The notes beneath the pieces were generated by a model, which saw only the letters and a program-made list of their open reading frames with translations, was not told the DNA's origin and ran no database searches. 64,000 nt of DNA from contig JAHEJW010000014.1 of the NCBI GenBank assembly GCA_024638655.1, forward strand, positions 6,385-70,384, read 5' to 3'. Each line of letters begins with the position of its first letter. Positions within the stretch are counted from its first letter, which is position 1. A program made the translations under genes and the position numbers. Source of the DNA: a bacterium (GTDB lineage Bacteria; Actinomycetota; Acidimicrobiia; Spongiisociales; ZC4RG35). Shown here piece after piece: positions 40,057 to 49,203 of the stretch.

Positions 40057-40932
40057 TTAACCGGTCCATCCCCCCGCAGGTTGCTCGAACCAAACGTGCA
40101 CCTGGCCGGTGCCGGTGGCGTTCTCGTAGTCGGAGAGCATCACGCCTTCCGCGGTGCAATCCGGGCCACCGATTGACCCCAGCATCATCAGGTAGTGGCC
40201 GAAGTCCCCCTCGGGGTTGTGAGGGAAGTAGTCGTCCATGTTCTCGACGATCTTGCGGTGGTCCCCAGCCCTCATCCACTCGAGGCGTTTCTCGTCGGCC
40301 GCTCTGGCCTCAGGCGTGAAGATGTGGACGGGGTCGGAAGCCTCGTGCTTGGGGAGCTCCCTCAGCGGCCAGAAGGTGTGACTCATCCCGCCTGAGGCGA
40401 GTACCACGGCCCGCCGGTCGAGACGGCTCACCGCATCACCGATTGCCTGGCCCATCGTCAGGAAGTCGTCGGTCTCCCCGGTTTGGACGACCGAAATGGA
40501 AACCACTCGCTCACCGCCGTGCAGGTAGTGCACCAGGTTCACCGTTGCGTAGTAGACCGGCAGGTACTCGTCCTCTGAGGCATGCGTGGGTTGGCCGAGC
40601 TCCTTGCCGATCTCGGCCATGGCATGGGCCAACTCCGGATCACCGTCGTAGTCGTAAGGAACACCCGCCATCCCGCGGGGCAACTCCGACGAGGTCATGC
40701 GACCGGTCCGCCTGCCATGTGCCGACACCACGTGCTCGACGGTGGTGAACCAGTGCGAATCGATGATCACGATGGTGTCCGGGCGAAGCCGATCGAGGAT
40801 CTCGCCACGGAGCCTAACCAAGCCCGGCACCAGGCTTATCTCCTCTCCCTCGTTCAACTGGCGCCTCGTCGCCTCGTCGAACATGATGGTGGGGGCGTGG
40901 CTCAAGAGGCCGGCTCCGACGATCTCACCCAT
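40057..40932 (-). CDS. LigB-family extradiol ring-cleavage dioxygenase (HpaD/homoprotocatechuate 2,3-dioxygenase-like)
   Basis: SHAPT, DSHW, GDPELA, SGGMSH, EG.FGHY, GTGQ; AGGAG RBS. Confidence 0.85.
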   Translation of the reverse strand: MGEIVGAGLLSHAPTIMFDEATRRQLNEGEEISLVPGLVRLRGEILDRLRPDTIVIIDSHWFTTVEHVVSAHGRRTGRMTSSELPRGMAGVPYDYDGDPELAHAMAEIGKELGQPTHASEDEYLPVYYATVNLVHYLHGGERVVSISVVQTGETDDFLTMGQAIGDAVSRLDRRAVVLASGGMSHTFWPLRELPKHEASDPVHIFTPEARAADEKRLEWMRAGDHRKIVENMDDYFPHNPEGDFGHYLMMLGSIGGPDCTAEGVMLSDYENATGTGQVHVWFEQPAGGWTG

Positions 40933-40947
40933 TTGCTGACTCCTGTT

Positions 40948-40965
40948 TCGTTAGGGACCTAACGA
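40948..40965. promoter_or_regulatory. Perfect palindromic operator TCGTTAGG-N2-CCTAACGA, probable MarR site
   Basis: 8-bp inverted repeat between a -10-like TAGGAT (40972-40967, minus) and the dioxygenase RBS. Confidence 0.7.
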
Positions 40966-40989
40966 CATCCTAGGGACCGGGCACCGGGC

Positions 40990-41523
40990 TCAGCGCTCCC
41001 CGACCAACTCCACCTCGTCTGCGTTTGCGGTGACCTTTCGGAGCAGTCTCGCCAGCTGGCGGCGTTCGTCCGAGCTCAGGTCCGCAGTGAACTTCGCCTC
41101 ATACTGGTTGAAGATCGGGAAGATCCCCTCGATCTTGGCCAGCCCCGCCGACTGCAACCCAACCAATACTTTCCGACCGTCGTCGGGGTGTCTGGTACGG
41201 CTGACCAAACCGCCACGTTCCAACGTGGCGAGCATCCCGCTGAGAGTTCCCTTGGCCAACCCGCACTCCTTGGCGAGTGTTCCGGTGTCGCGGTTGCCCC
41301 ATACCCAGAGGACGAACAGGATGGTGAAGCCACCCCAGCTGAGCCCCGCCTGCCCGAGCACCTCTCGCTCCATTCGGTTTCGCATCGCATTCGCGGCCCG
41401 GTAGACGTTGGAAACGGCGAGCAGTGCATCGAAGTCGAGCGGACGATCCCCGAGCCGGGTCCTGATGTCGCGCTCGGCTTCAAGAACGACCTCCGCGTCC
41501 TGATCACTCAAGGGTCGGGGCAT
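40990..41523 (-). CDS. MarR family transcriptional regulator
   Basis: GLSWGGFTILFVL, LAK..GLAKGTLSGMLATLERGGLVSR..HPDDGRKVLV.L...G; start ATG 41523. Confidence 0.9.
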   Translation of the reverse strand: MPRPLSDQDAEVVLEAERDIRTRLGDRPLDFDALLAVSNVYRAANAMRNRMEREVLGQAGLSWGGFTILFVLWVWGNRDTGTLAKECGLAKGTLSGMLATLERGGLVSRTRHPDDGRKVLVGLQSAGLAKIEGIFPIFNQYEAKFTADLSSDERRQLARLLRKVTANADEVELVGER

Positions 41524-41587
41524 CTCCGGTCCTGGGCAGCTGGACGCCGAGTTTATCCTCAGGGCTCCTGGCGGACCCGGAGGCCCA

Positions 41588-43051
41588 ATGCCGTCGCAAA
41601 GAGTCGAGATCTCCGATGTGGCTGTGTCACCGGACCACTTCATCGGGGGTCGCCGCGTGACTTCGGAACTCACTTTCGAGGTCAGGTCCCCCCTCGACTG
41701 GGATTGGAAGCTCGCCGATGTGGCACGCGGTGACGCCCTGACTGCCGACCTGGCGGTCTCCGCCGCCGTCAAGGCGTTCGATGGGTGGTCGAGCCTTTCG
41801 GCTGAAGAGCGAGCACGCTTCCTGCACCGGCTCGCCGACCTGATCGACGACAACATCGACGACCTGGCCGTGGTCGAGTGCGTAGACATGGCGATGCTTC
41901 TCGAGAGCCTCCAGAAACGCGTCATCCATCGCGGCGCTGAGAACTTACGGAACTACGCCGACCTGGCCGCCGGGCATGAGCCGCGTCGTTGGAGCTCCAA
42001 AGGGACGGACAACGTCGTGCAGCGGATGCCAGCAGGGCCCGCGGTGATCATCACACCTTGGAATGCACCGTGGCTCCTCTCCACATGGAAGGTCGCTCCG
42101 GCCCTGGCTGCGGGGAACACGGTCATACTCAAACCGGCCGAGTGGGCGCCCCTTTCTGGCTCACTCCTCGCCGACCTGGCCGCAGAAGCCGGCTTTCCCC
42201 CCGGGGTGCTGAACATCGTCCAAGGCATGGGTGATGAGGTCGGCGCTGCCCTGGTCGCCGATCAACGGGTGCGACGCATCTCCTTCACAGGATCCCCCGA
42301 GACCGCCCGGCACATCGGCGTCAGCGCAGCACGCAACATCGTCCCATTCACGGCCGAGCTCGGTGGGAAGGGGCCGTTCATCGTCTTCGCCGACTCGGAC
42401 CTCGACGCCGCGGCGAAGAAGGCTGCCGGTCAGTACGACGACTCGGGTCAGGTATGTCTCGCCGGCACGCGGCTCCTGGTCGAGGAATCGGTCAGTGATG
42501 AGTTCGTCGGTCTCTTCGACAAGCACACCGACGCTCACGTCCTCGGTGACAGTCGCAACCCCTCAACCACCATCTCGCCTCTGATCCACCCCGACCACCT
42601 GGCTCGGGTGGAAGGGTTCGTCGATCGGGCCCGGGAAGCCGGCGAGACGATCATGCGTGGCGGCGACCGTTGGAGACAGGACGGTCTCTGGTACGAGCCG
42701 ACTCTGATCCGACCCCGTCACAACGACGCCGAGGTGGTCCAGCGGGAGATATTCGGACCGGTTCTCACGTACCAGACCTTCTCCACCGAGGACGAGGCCA
42801 TATCGCTCGCCAACTCGACCCGCTACGGGCTCTCAGGGATCGTGTACACGGGCTCACGAGAGCGTGCCGAGCGAGTGGGGTCGAGTGTGCGTGCCGGTAC
42901 GGTCTGGGTCAACACCTTCCTGGTGCGCGACCTGACCGCTCCCTTTGGCGGCTGTCGAATGTCGGGAATCGGACGCGAAGGCGGCGACTACGCCCTCGAT
43001 TTCCACTCCGATCTAAAGACGGTCCAGATCAGCCAGGGCTCGGTGGATTGA
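41588..43051 (+). CDS. Aldehyde dehydrogenase (HpaE / 2-hydroxymuconate-semialdehyde dehydrogenase-like)
   Basis: ITPWNAP..STWKVAPALAAGN, FTGS, ELGGK, GQVC, EIFGP, PFGG..SGIGREGG. Confidence 0.9.
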   Translation: MPSQRVEISDVAVSPDHFIGGRRVTSELTFEVRSPLDWDWKLADVARGDALTADLAVSAAVKAFDGWSSLSAEERARFLHRLADLIDDNIDDLAVVECVDMAMLLESLQKRVIHRGAENLRNYADLAAGHEPRRWSSKGTDNVVQRMPAGPAVIITPWNAPWLLSTWKVAPALAAGNTVILKPAEWAPLSGSLLADLAAEAGFPPGVLNIVQGMGDEVGAALVADQRVRRISFTGSPETARHIGVSAARNIVPFTAELGGKGPFIVFADSDLDAAAKKAAGQYDDSGQVCLAGTRLLVEESVSDEFVGLFDKHTDAHVLGDSRNPSTTISPLIHPDHLARVEGFVDRAREAGETIMRGGDRWRQDGLWYEPTLIRPRHNDAEVVQREIFGPVLTYQTFSTEDEAISLANSTRYGLSGIVYTGSRERAERVGSSVRAGTVWVNTFLVRDLTAPFGGCRMSGIGREGGDYALDFHSDLKTVQISQGSVD

Positions 43052-44309
43052 CCGTCTTGGTGGGGTGGTCGTGTGCCCCTCCCATCTCGGGCATCTCCTC
43101 TTCCTGCCGGGCATCGATACGGGCTGACAGCCAGTTGGAGAGAGGCGTCGCGCTCAGGCCATGGACGAAGACCGACAGGACGACGGTCAGAAGCACGACA
43201 TCGAAGACCTCCGATGGCATGGTCCCGAGCTCCTCGAAAGCAACGAGCATGAAAACCACGGTGGCCAGCCCCCTGGGCCCGAACCAGCCGAGAAAGACGG
43301 TCGTCGACAACATCAGCTTCTGACCGATCAGGGAGAGAGAAATCGCCAGGGGGCGGATCACGAACAGTGAGATGAGAGCGAGAGCCCAGACCACCGGCTC
43401 GACTCCGTCCCTAAGGATTTCGCGAGCCGGGCCGGCCCCTATCAGCACGAAGGCGACGAGGACGAGAGTTCGCCCCTCCGTCCTGGCGAACTCATAGAGG
43501 TACTCACACCGGGGTCGCACCCGGGCGGCCAGCACCGCCCCGGTCACGAAGGTCGCCACGAACCCGCTCCCGTCGAAGACCTGGGCGGTTGCGAAGGCGA
43601 GCAAGGCCAGGGCGACGGCCGAGATCTTCTGATGGAGCGGGCTCATCCAACCGTGATGTGTCCCCTTCCCGATGATCACGGCGCCGGTGAAGCCGAAGGC
43701 CAGGCCGCCGATCAATCCGAGCCCGACTTGCTGGGTGAAGATCCCAACCGCATTCGCAGCACCGTTTCCGCCGGCCTGGGCCTCCACACCCAGCGCGATG
43801 AAAAGGGCCGGCAGGGCGAGACCGTCGTTCAGTCCCGACTCGATGTTGAGCGTCTGTCGGACGCGGATCGGGAGACGCTCGGATTCGAGCACCGGCTCGG
43901 CCAGGGCGGCGTCTGTCGGTGCGAGGATCACCCCGATCAGGAGGGCGATTCCGATCGTGACCTCATCGAAGAGCCACCAGCCGGCCAGGGCTCCCCCGAG
44001 TATCGCCAGTGGCATGCCGATCAGGAGCATCCGCGTCGGCCAGGCGTAGCCCAGGCGAAGTTGGGCGACGTCTATGCGCGCTGCGTCGGCGAACAAGACG
44101 AGGGCCAGGGTCAGCTCGAGGAATGTGAGTACCGCCGGGTCCTCCAACCCAACCGGCTCGATACCCAGGACCGCCCCGATGACGACTCCGACCATCATGG
44201 CGACCATGGGCTCGGTGAGCCACGCCTTGTAGAGCCTGCCGGACACCGCCACGACGGCGAACACGGCGCCGGCGATCACGATGATGACGGGCGCTATCTC
44301 TGTGGACAC
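43029..44309 (-). CDS. Cation:proton antiporter (CPA1/NhaP-type)
   Basis: LAPTDAAL, ESGLNDG, GWFGPRGLA, SVFVHGLSA. Confidence 0.88.
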   Translation of the reverse strand: MSTEIAPVIIVIAGAVFAVVAVSGRLYKAWLTEPMVAMMVGVVIGAVLGIEPVGLEDPAVLTFLELTLALVLFADAARIDVAQLRLGYAWPTRMLLIGMPLAILGGALAGWWLFDEVTIGIALLIGVILAPTDAALAEPVLESERLPIRVRQTLNIESGLNDGLALPALFIALGVEAQAGGNGAANAVGIFTQQVGLGLIGGLAFGFTGAVIIGKGTHHGWMSPLHQKISAVALALLAFATAQVFDGSGFVATFVTGAVLAARVRPRCEYLYEFARTEGRTLVLVAFVLIGAGPAREILRDGVEPVVWALALISLFVIRPLAISLSLIGQKLMLSTTVFLGWFGPRGLATVVFMLVAFEELGTMPSEVFDVVLLTVVLSVFVHGLSATPLSNWLSARIDARQEEEMPEMGGAHDHPTKTVNPPSPG

Positions 44310-44312
44310 CTG

Positions 44313-45104
44313 TCAGCTTCCCCCTCGGCGGAGAGTCGTCCCCTCCTTCCACGATGTGGCCACCCGGTGGTAGTAGCCGCCAATCACCTCCTGGGGCTCG
44401 AGCAGGAAGAGCTCATCGGCCGGGGTCCGGGCGACTTCGATTTCAGCATCGGCCGCCCACACATCGGCAATCTCCGAGTCGAACCCGCGCATCGTCACCA
44501 GCTCGTCGACGGAAGCCGAGCCATCCGACTCGATGGCCGGCCAGTAGCGGTTGTGGAGCATCGGATGGGAGTTGACGAAGCCCGGTGCGCGTGCCGGGGA
44601 GGCGAGCTTCCATGTCGCCTTTGCGACGAGACGCCCACTGGCCGACAACGTGGCGCCAAACCTGCCTCCCGGTTCGAGCCTCGGGCCGGCGCGGCCCAAG
44701 GTGATCGGTCGCGTCATCCAGATGTCACCGAGTTTCTTCGGGTAGCCCTGGTGGTAGCCGCGTACCAGGGCGAAGTCCTTGTCGACCCAGATGAATGGGC
44801 ACCGGCTCCATGTCTTCCCATCCCATCTGCAACGGATCACGGCGAAGCACTCTTTGTACTGGCTGCGCACCGGGTCGAGAGTCTCACTCAGATCGTCGCC
44901 GGCGGACTGCCAGTCCGCCCAGATGAGGGCCACGGCACCGGGGTCCTCGTCCGCAAGATCAACCCCGGGCGGAAGGAGCTCGGCCACCCGCGCCGGGTCG
45001 GTTCGGTACTCGACGGTCAGCATCTCCCCGGAGTAGTGCCACGGCGGAGGGGGGATCAAGGACGAGCGGCCGCTCGGGGTCTTGGGGAAGAGGAAGCCCT
45101 GCAT
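44313..45104 (-). CDS. Acetoacetate decarboxylase-like superfamily protein (family V, MppR/Sbi00515-like)
   Basis: PPPPWHYSG, DWQS, LDP.RSQY.E, CPFIWVD, RG..QGYPKKLG (Schiff-base Lys); ATG overlaps GS stop (TGATG). Confidence 0.83.
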   Translation of the reverse strand: MQGFLFPKTPSGRSSLIPPPPWHYSGEMLTVEYRTDPARVAELLPPGVDLADEDPGAVALIWADWQSAGDDLSETLDPVRSQYKECFAVIRCRWDGKTWSRCPFIWVDKDFALVRGYHQGYPKKLGDIWMTRPITLGRAGPRLEPGGRFGATLSASGRLVAKATWKLASPARAPGFVNSHPMLHNRYWPAIESDGSASVDELVTMRGFDSEIADVWAADAEIEVARTPADELFLLEPQEVIGGYYHRVATSWKEGTTLRRGGS

Positions 45105-46390
45105 CAAAGGAACGGTAGGTATTCGGACATCTCCCAATCGGTGGTCCATTTGTGGTAGCGGTCCCACTCGGCCCTCTTCACCGTCACGAACCCGTCGATG
45201 AATCCGGCGCCGAACGCCTCCACGAAGTCGCTATCTGCCTCCAGCGCATCGAGTGCTGCTTCCAACGAGGGCGGCGTGACGACGTCCGTCGAAGCCCGCT
45301 CGATGCAGTCGAGAGTCTCCGCGGGCGGAAGCTCGTAACCCTTCTCGTATCCCAGCAACGCGGCTGTGAGAACTGCCGCCACCCCTTGATGTGGGGTGAC
45401 CGAGCCGTCGCCTACGCGATGCTCGAGACGGGTGCCCCGGCCGCGAGCCGGCGGTACCCGAACCGTCACCCCTCGATGGTCGTAACCCCAGTTGGCCCAG
45501 TAGCCGCAGAGAGAGCCTGGCTGGAGCCGTTTGTAGGCATTCACCGTCGGGGCAATGACCGCGGTCATCCCGACGTGATGATGGAGCATCCCGGCGATCG
45601 CCGATCGGCAGAACTCGCTGAGACCGTCATCGGCTTCGGCGTCCTCCAATGCGTTCTCTCCCTCATCATCTCGAAAGGAGAGATTGACGTGAAATCCCGA
45701 GCCGCCCCGATCGTTGATCGGCTTCCCCATGAAGGTGAGCAGCAAGCCCCTCTTTGCAGCGATCTCCTTGGCCATCACCTTGAACAGGAATGCATCGTCG
45801 GCCGACTCGAGGGCCGACTTGTAGGCCAGGGTGAGCTCGAATTGCCCGTTGTCGTACTCGCTGTTGACCGACTCGAGGGGGAGTCCAACATCATTGGCAG
45901 TGGCCATGATCTCATCGATCGTCCCACTCGGATCCACCGCCGTGCCGGTCCCGTAGACGTAAGCACCGGGCGTCGAGATCGGAGCCCAGGAGCCGGCCCC
46001 ATCGGGCTCGAATAGATACCCCTCCAGCTCGAGGCCCACCATCGGCTCCAGACCATGGGAACGCCATTTCTCGATTGCGTCTTTGAGGACGTTCCTCGGC
46101 GCGAGGGGCACAGGCCGGCCACCCCTGGTTATGTCGGGTATCACCACGGCGGTCCCCTCTTGCCATCCAGTGCGCAGGTCGGCGTCGTCATACACCGCAT
46201 CACAATCGGGGAGGCCCTTCCAGAAGAACCCCCCTTCGTGGGGAATCATCTCGCGGTCGAAGCCGAGAGTGAACAGACTGATGCAGTGGGCGGTGCCCTG
46301 ATCTGCCTTGGCCGGTGTGAGGTATTTGCCCCTCGCAAGACCCAGGTGATCCGGCCAGAGCAGTCTCAAACGATCGAATTCAGGGCTCAC
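45104..46390 (-). CDS. Glutamine synthetase-like gamma-glutamyl-amine ligase
   Basis: D..GLARGK, ELE, EY..GQFE, FMGKP...GSGFHVNLS, NAYKRL, WG.D.R..VR, LEHR; GAGGAG RBS before GTG 46390. Confidence 0.87.
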   Translation of the reverse strand: MSPEFDRLRLLWPDHLGLARGKYLTPAKADQGTAHCISLFTLGFDREMIPHEGGFFWKGLPDCDAVYDDADLRTGWQEGTAVVIPDITRGGRPVPLAPRNVLKDAIEKWRSHGLEPMVGLELEGYLFEPDGAGSWAPISTPGAYVYGTGTAVDPSGTIDEIMATANDVGLPLESVNSEYDNGQFELTLAYKSALESADDAFLFKVMAKEIAAKRGLLLTFMGKPINDRGGSGFHVNLSFRDDEGENALEDAEADDGLSEFCRSAIAGMLHHHVGMTAVIAPTVNAYKRLQPGSLCGYWANWGYDHRGVTVRVPPARGRGTRLEHRVGDGSVTPHQGVAAVLTAALLGYEKGYELPPAETLDCIERASTDVVTPPSLEAALDALEADSDFVEAFGAGFIDGFVTVKRAEWDRYHKWTTDWEMSEYLPFL

Positions 46391-46469
46391 ATAACTCCTC
46401 TTTGCGGCTCGATCGTAGATCGCGGGCAAGCCACGCGGAGTGCCCCGAGGGCGATTACCTTGGAAGCCG

Positions 46470-47849
46470 ATGAGCAAGCCCTTGGAGCCGGATCGAGCCG
46501 AGCGCGAGGAACTGGCCGAAGCGATCCTCACCTACCTCAACGACTGGTTCGATTCGGCCCTGACCATGGAGGCATCGGGAATCGATCTCGATCCTGCCCA
46601 ATTCGAGACCCTGGCCGGCGGGCCGGGCGAAACCGGTCGTCGCCTGGACGAAATCCTCTCCGATCTCGACCTGGCCGGGAGAGCCGGCATCTATCACCCC
46701 TCGGGCGGGCATATGTCCTACATCCCCAACGCCGGGATGTTCACTGCCGCTCTCGGAGAGTTTCTCGCCGCGGGTCTCAATCGTTACACCGGTGTGTCAG
46801 CTGCGGCTCCCGGTCTCGTAGCCATCGAGCATGGACTGATCGACTGGATGACATCTCTTTTCGCCATGGGTGGCGACGCCTCCGGCCTGCTGCTCTCGGG
46901 TGGCTCGATGGCCAATCTGACCGGGATCGTCACCGCCCGAACCGCCCGTCTCGGGGAGCGTTTCGGAAAGGGTGTGCTCTATGTCACCCGGCATACCCAC
47001 CACTCGGCGGCCAAAGCGGCGCGCCTCGCCGGATTTCGACCTGGCCAGATCTCGGTTGTGGAGGTTGACGACCATCTTCGAATGGATCTCGACCGTCTCC
47101 GTCGAGCCATTGACGCGGATCGCGATGCAGGGAGAGAGCCCTTCTTGGTGATTGCCTCGGCCGGATCAACCGATACCGGCACGATCGACCCCCTCCCGCA
47201 GCTCGCCGATATCTGCGAACAACAAGGGCTCTGGATGCACGTCGACGGTGCGTACGGCGGTTTCTTCCAACTGACCGAACGGGGTCGGGAGAGACTCTCG
47301 GGAATCGGCCGTGCCGACAGCCTCGCCCTCGATCCTCACAAAGGCCTCTCGATCCCCTTCGGTGTGGGAGCGCTACTCGTCCGGGACGAACGCGCCTTGG
47401 TCGACGCCCACCAGGGCCGTGGCGCCTATCTCCGTGACGAGGACAGCTACATGGGAATACGCGACATCGCTTCGCTCGGCCCGGAGCTGACCAGGCCCTT
47501 CCGCGGTCTCTCGGTGTGGCTCCCGCTCCAACTCCATGGCATTGCGCCTTTCCGGGAAGCACTCGACTCCAGCATGGACCTCGCCATGTATGCCTACGAA
47601 CGGCTCCGAGCCATAGGCGGCATCGACGCCCGTTGGGTCCCCGATCTCTCGGTCGTTGCATTCAGGTTCGACGACGATGAGCTCGGTCGCGCCGCGTGGA
47701 ATGCGGTCAACGAGGACAGGACGGTCCACCTCAGTCCGACGATCATCGAAGACAGGTTTGTGCTCAGGATGGCCATCCTCAACAGGCGTTCCACAGTCGA
47801 GCACGTTGATCGCGCCATCGACATCATCGAGAAGACCCTCATCGGCTGA
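46470..47849 (+). CDS. Group II PLP-dependent decarboxylase (aromatic-L-amino-acid decarboxylase-like)
   Basis: SGGSMANL, HHSAAKAA, AGSTDTG.IDPL, HVDGAYGG, DPHKGL (PLP Lys), ELTRPFRGL. Confidence 0.87.
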   Translation: MSKPLEPDRAEREELAEAILTYLNDWFDSALTMEASGIDLDPAQFETLAGGPGETGRRLDEILSDLDLAGRAGIYHPSGGHMSYIPNAGMFTAALGEFLAAGLNRYTGVSAAAPGLVAIEHGLIDWMTSLFAMGGDASGLLLSGGSMANLTGIVTARTARLGERFGKGVLYVTRHTHHSAAKAARLAGFRPGQISVVEVDDHLRMDLDRLRRAIDADRDAGREPFLVIASAGSTDTGTIDPLPQLADICEQQGLWMHVDGAYGGFFQLTERGRERLSGIGRADSLALDPHKGLSIPFGVGALLVRDERALVDAHQGRGAYLRDEDSYMGIRDIASLGPELTRPFRGLSVWLPLQLHGIAPFREALDSSMDLAMYAYERLRAIGGIDARWVPDLSVVAFRFDDDELGRAAWNAVNEDRTVHLSPTIIEDRFVLRMAILNRRSTVEHVDRAIDIIEKTLIG

Positions 47850-47864
47850 CCCACGCCGGTCGTC

Positions 47865-49121
47865 TCAGCCGATTCGGATGGGGAGATGCTTGATCCCCGA
47901 GATGAAGTTGGATCTGAGCCGGTCAGGCGGGCCCAATTCGAATGAGGGAGCCCGGGAGAGGAACTCTTCCAGGAATACCCGCACCTCCAGGCGTGCAAGA
48001 GCTGCCCCCAGGCACACGTGACGCCCGGTGCCGAACGTCACATGGGGGTTGGGGTCGCGATGGATGTCGAAGATGAAGGGCTCATCGAAGACGTCCTCGT
48101 CGTAATTCGCCGACGTGTACCACATCACCACCTTGTCGCCACGCCCGATGGGGACGCCCCTGATCTCGGTGTCCACCGCCGCCGTGCGTCTGAAGTGCAT
48201 CGTCACTCCCGAGGCCCGCAGGATCTCTTCGGTAGCCCCGGACGACAGAGCCTCGAGATCATGGGTGAGCATGGCCAGCTGCTCGGGATGATCGTGCAGG
48301 TATATCAAGCCATGGCTGATGGTGTGTCTGGTCGTCTCATTTCCGGCAACCATCATGAGAGTGAAGAAGTTCTTGAACTCGAGGTCGGTCAAAGGCTCAC
48401 CATCGGGCTCTGCGGTGAGAAGCGTGGTGATGATGTCGTCTCTTGGATGAGCACGGCGTTCCCGGGCGAGGTCCTCGGCATAGCGGAACACCTCCAGTGC
48501 CGCCGGAGACCGGAATGGGAGCAGGCGATACTCCTCGGTGTCCACCTTGTCGATGATCACTGGGGTGTACTCCGGATCCGCGTTGGAGATCATCTGGTCT
48601 CCCCAGGCGACCATGTCACCTGCGTCGGTTTCGGGGACTCCGAGCAACCGGCACAGCATGCGAATCGGCAGCTCACGAGCTATCTCGGTCACGAAGTCGA
48701 ACTCTCCGAGTGGAAGCACGCGATCGAAGACGAGTCGCACCAGTTTGCGGAACGCCTCCTCGTAGGTGAGGACCACTCTTGGGGTGAAGCCCGGCTGGAC
48801 AAGTCGGCGAAGTCGGGTGTGGTCCGGCGGATCGAGCTCCATCATCGATCGTCTGGCTTCCAGCTCCTCGGAGTCCATCTCCTCGATCCGGATGCCCCTC
48901 GCTGCTGTGAATCGCTTGTAGTCGCGACTGACCTCGATCACATCGGCATGCCTCGTGATCGCCCAGAACCCGGAGCCTCCTTGCTCCTCCACCCAGGCGA
49001 CCGGATCTTCCTCGCGCATCCGCCTGAACGCGGCATGCGGGAACCCGCGCAAATAGGTGTCGTGTGAGGTGATGTCGGCCAGGGGGTCCCCGAGGTCCTT
49101 GTGAAGAGTCCGTGCGGTCAT
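47865..49121 (-). CDS. Cytochrome P450 (CYP124/125/142-like clan)
   Basis: DPPDHTRLR, AGNETT, EEILR, HVTFGTGRHVCLG heme motif; start ATG 49121. Confidence 0.93.
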   Translation of the reverse strand: MTARTLHKDLGDPLADITSHDTYLRGFPHAAFRRMREEDPVAWVEEQGGSGFWAITRHADVIEVSRDYKRFTAARGIRIEEMDSEELEARRSMMELDPPDHTRLRRLVQPGFTPRVVLTYEEAFRKLVRLVFDRVLPLGEFDFVTEIARELPIRMLCRLLGVPETDAGDMVAWGDQMISNADPEYTPVIIDKVDTEEYRLLPFRSPAALEVFRYAEDLARERRAHPRDDIITTLLTAEPDGEPLTDLEFKNFFTLMMVAGNETTRHTISHGLIYLHDHPEQLAMLTHDLEALSSGATEEILRASGVTMHFRRTAAVDTEIRGVPIGRGDKVVMWYTSANYDEDVFDEPFIFDIHRDPNPHVTFGTGRHVCLGAALARLEVRVFLEEFLSRAPSFELGPPDRLRSNFISGIKHLPIRIG

Positions 49122-49122
49122 T

Positions 49123-49140
49123 TCGTTGGGTGCCAAAAGA
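49123..49140. promoter_or_regulatory. Degenerate second copy of the putative MarR operator
   Basis: TCGTTGGG-N2-CCAAAAGA, 13/16 match to the 40948 palindrome, immediately 5' of the P450 start codon. Confidence 0.5.
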
Positions 49141-49203
49141 TAGACGTTCTGCGAGCCGGCCCAGTGGGGAACCCAACCGTCCTCACTAGCGTTCACACGC
49201 GCA

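Noticed and set aside
45104-46390. Housekeeping glutamine synthetase glnA
   Set aside because: Short, lacks the GSI adenylylation region and is clustered with a PuuD-type hydrolase; more like a gamma-glutamyl-amine ligase.
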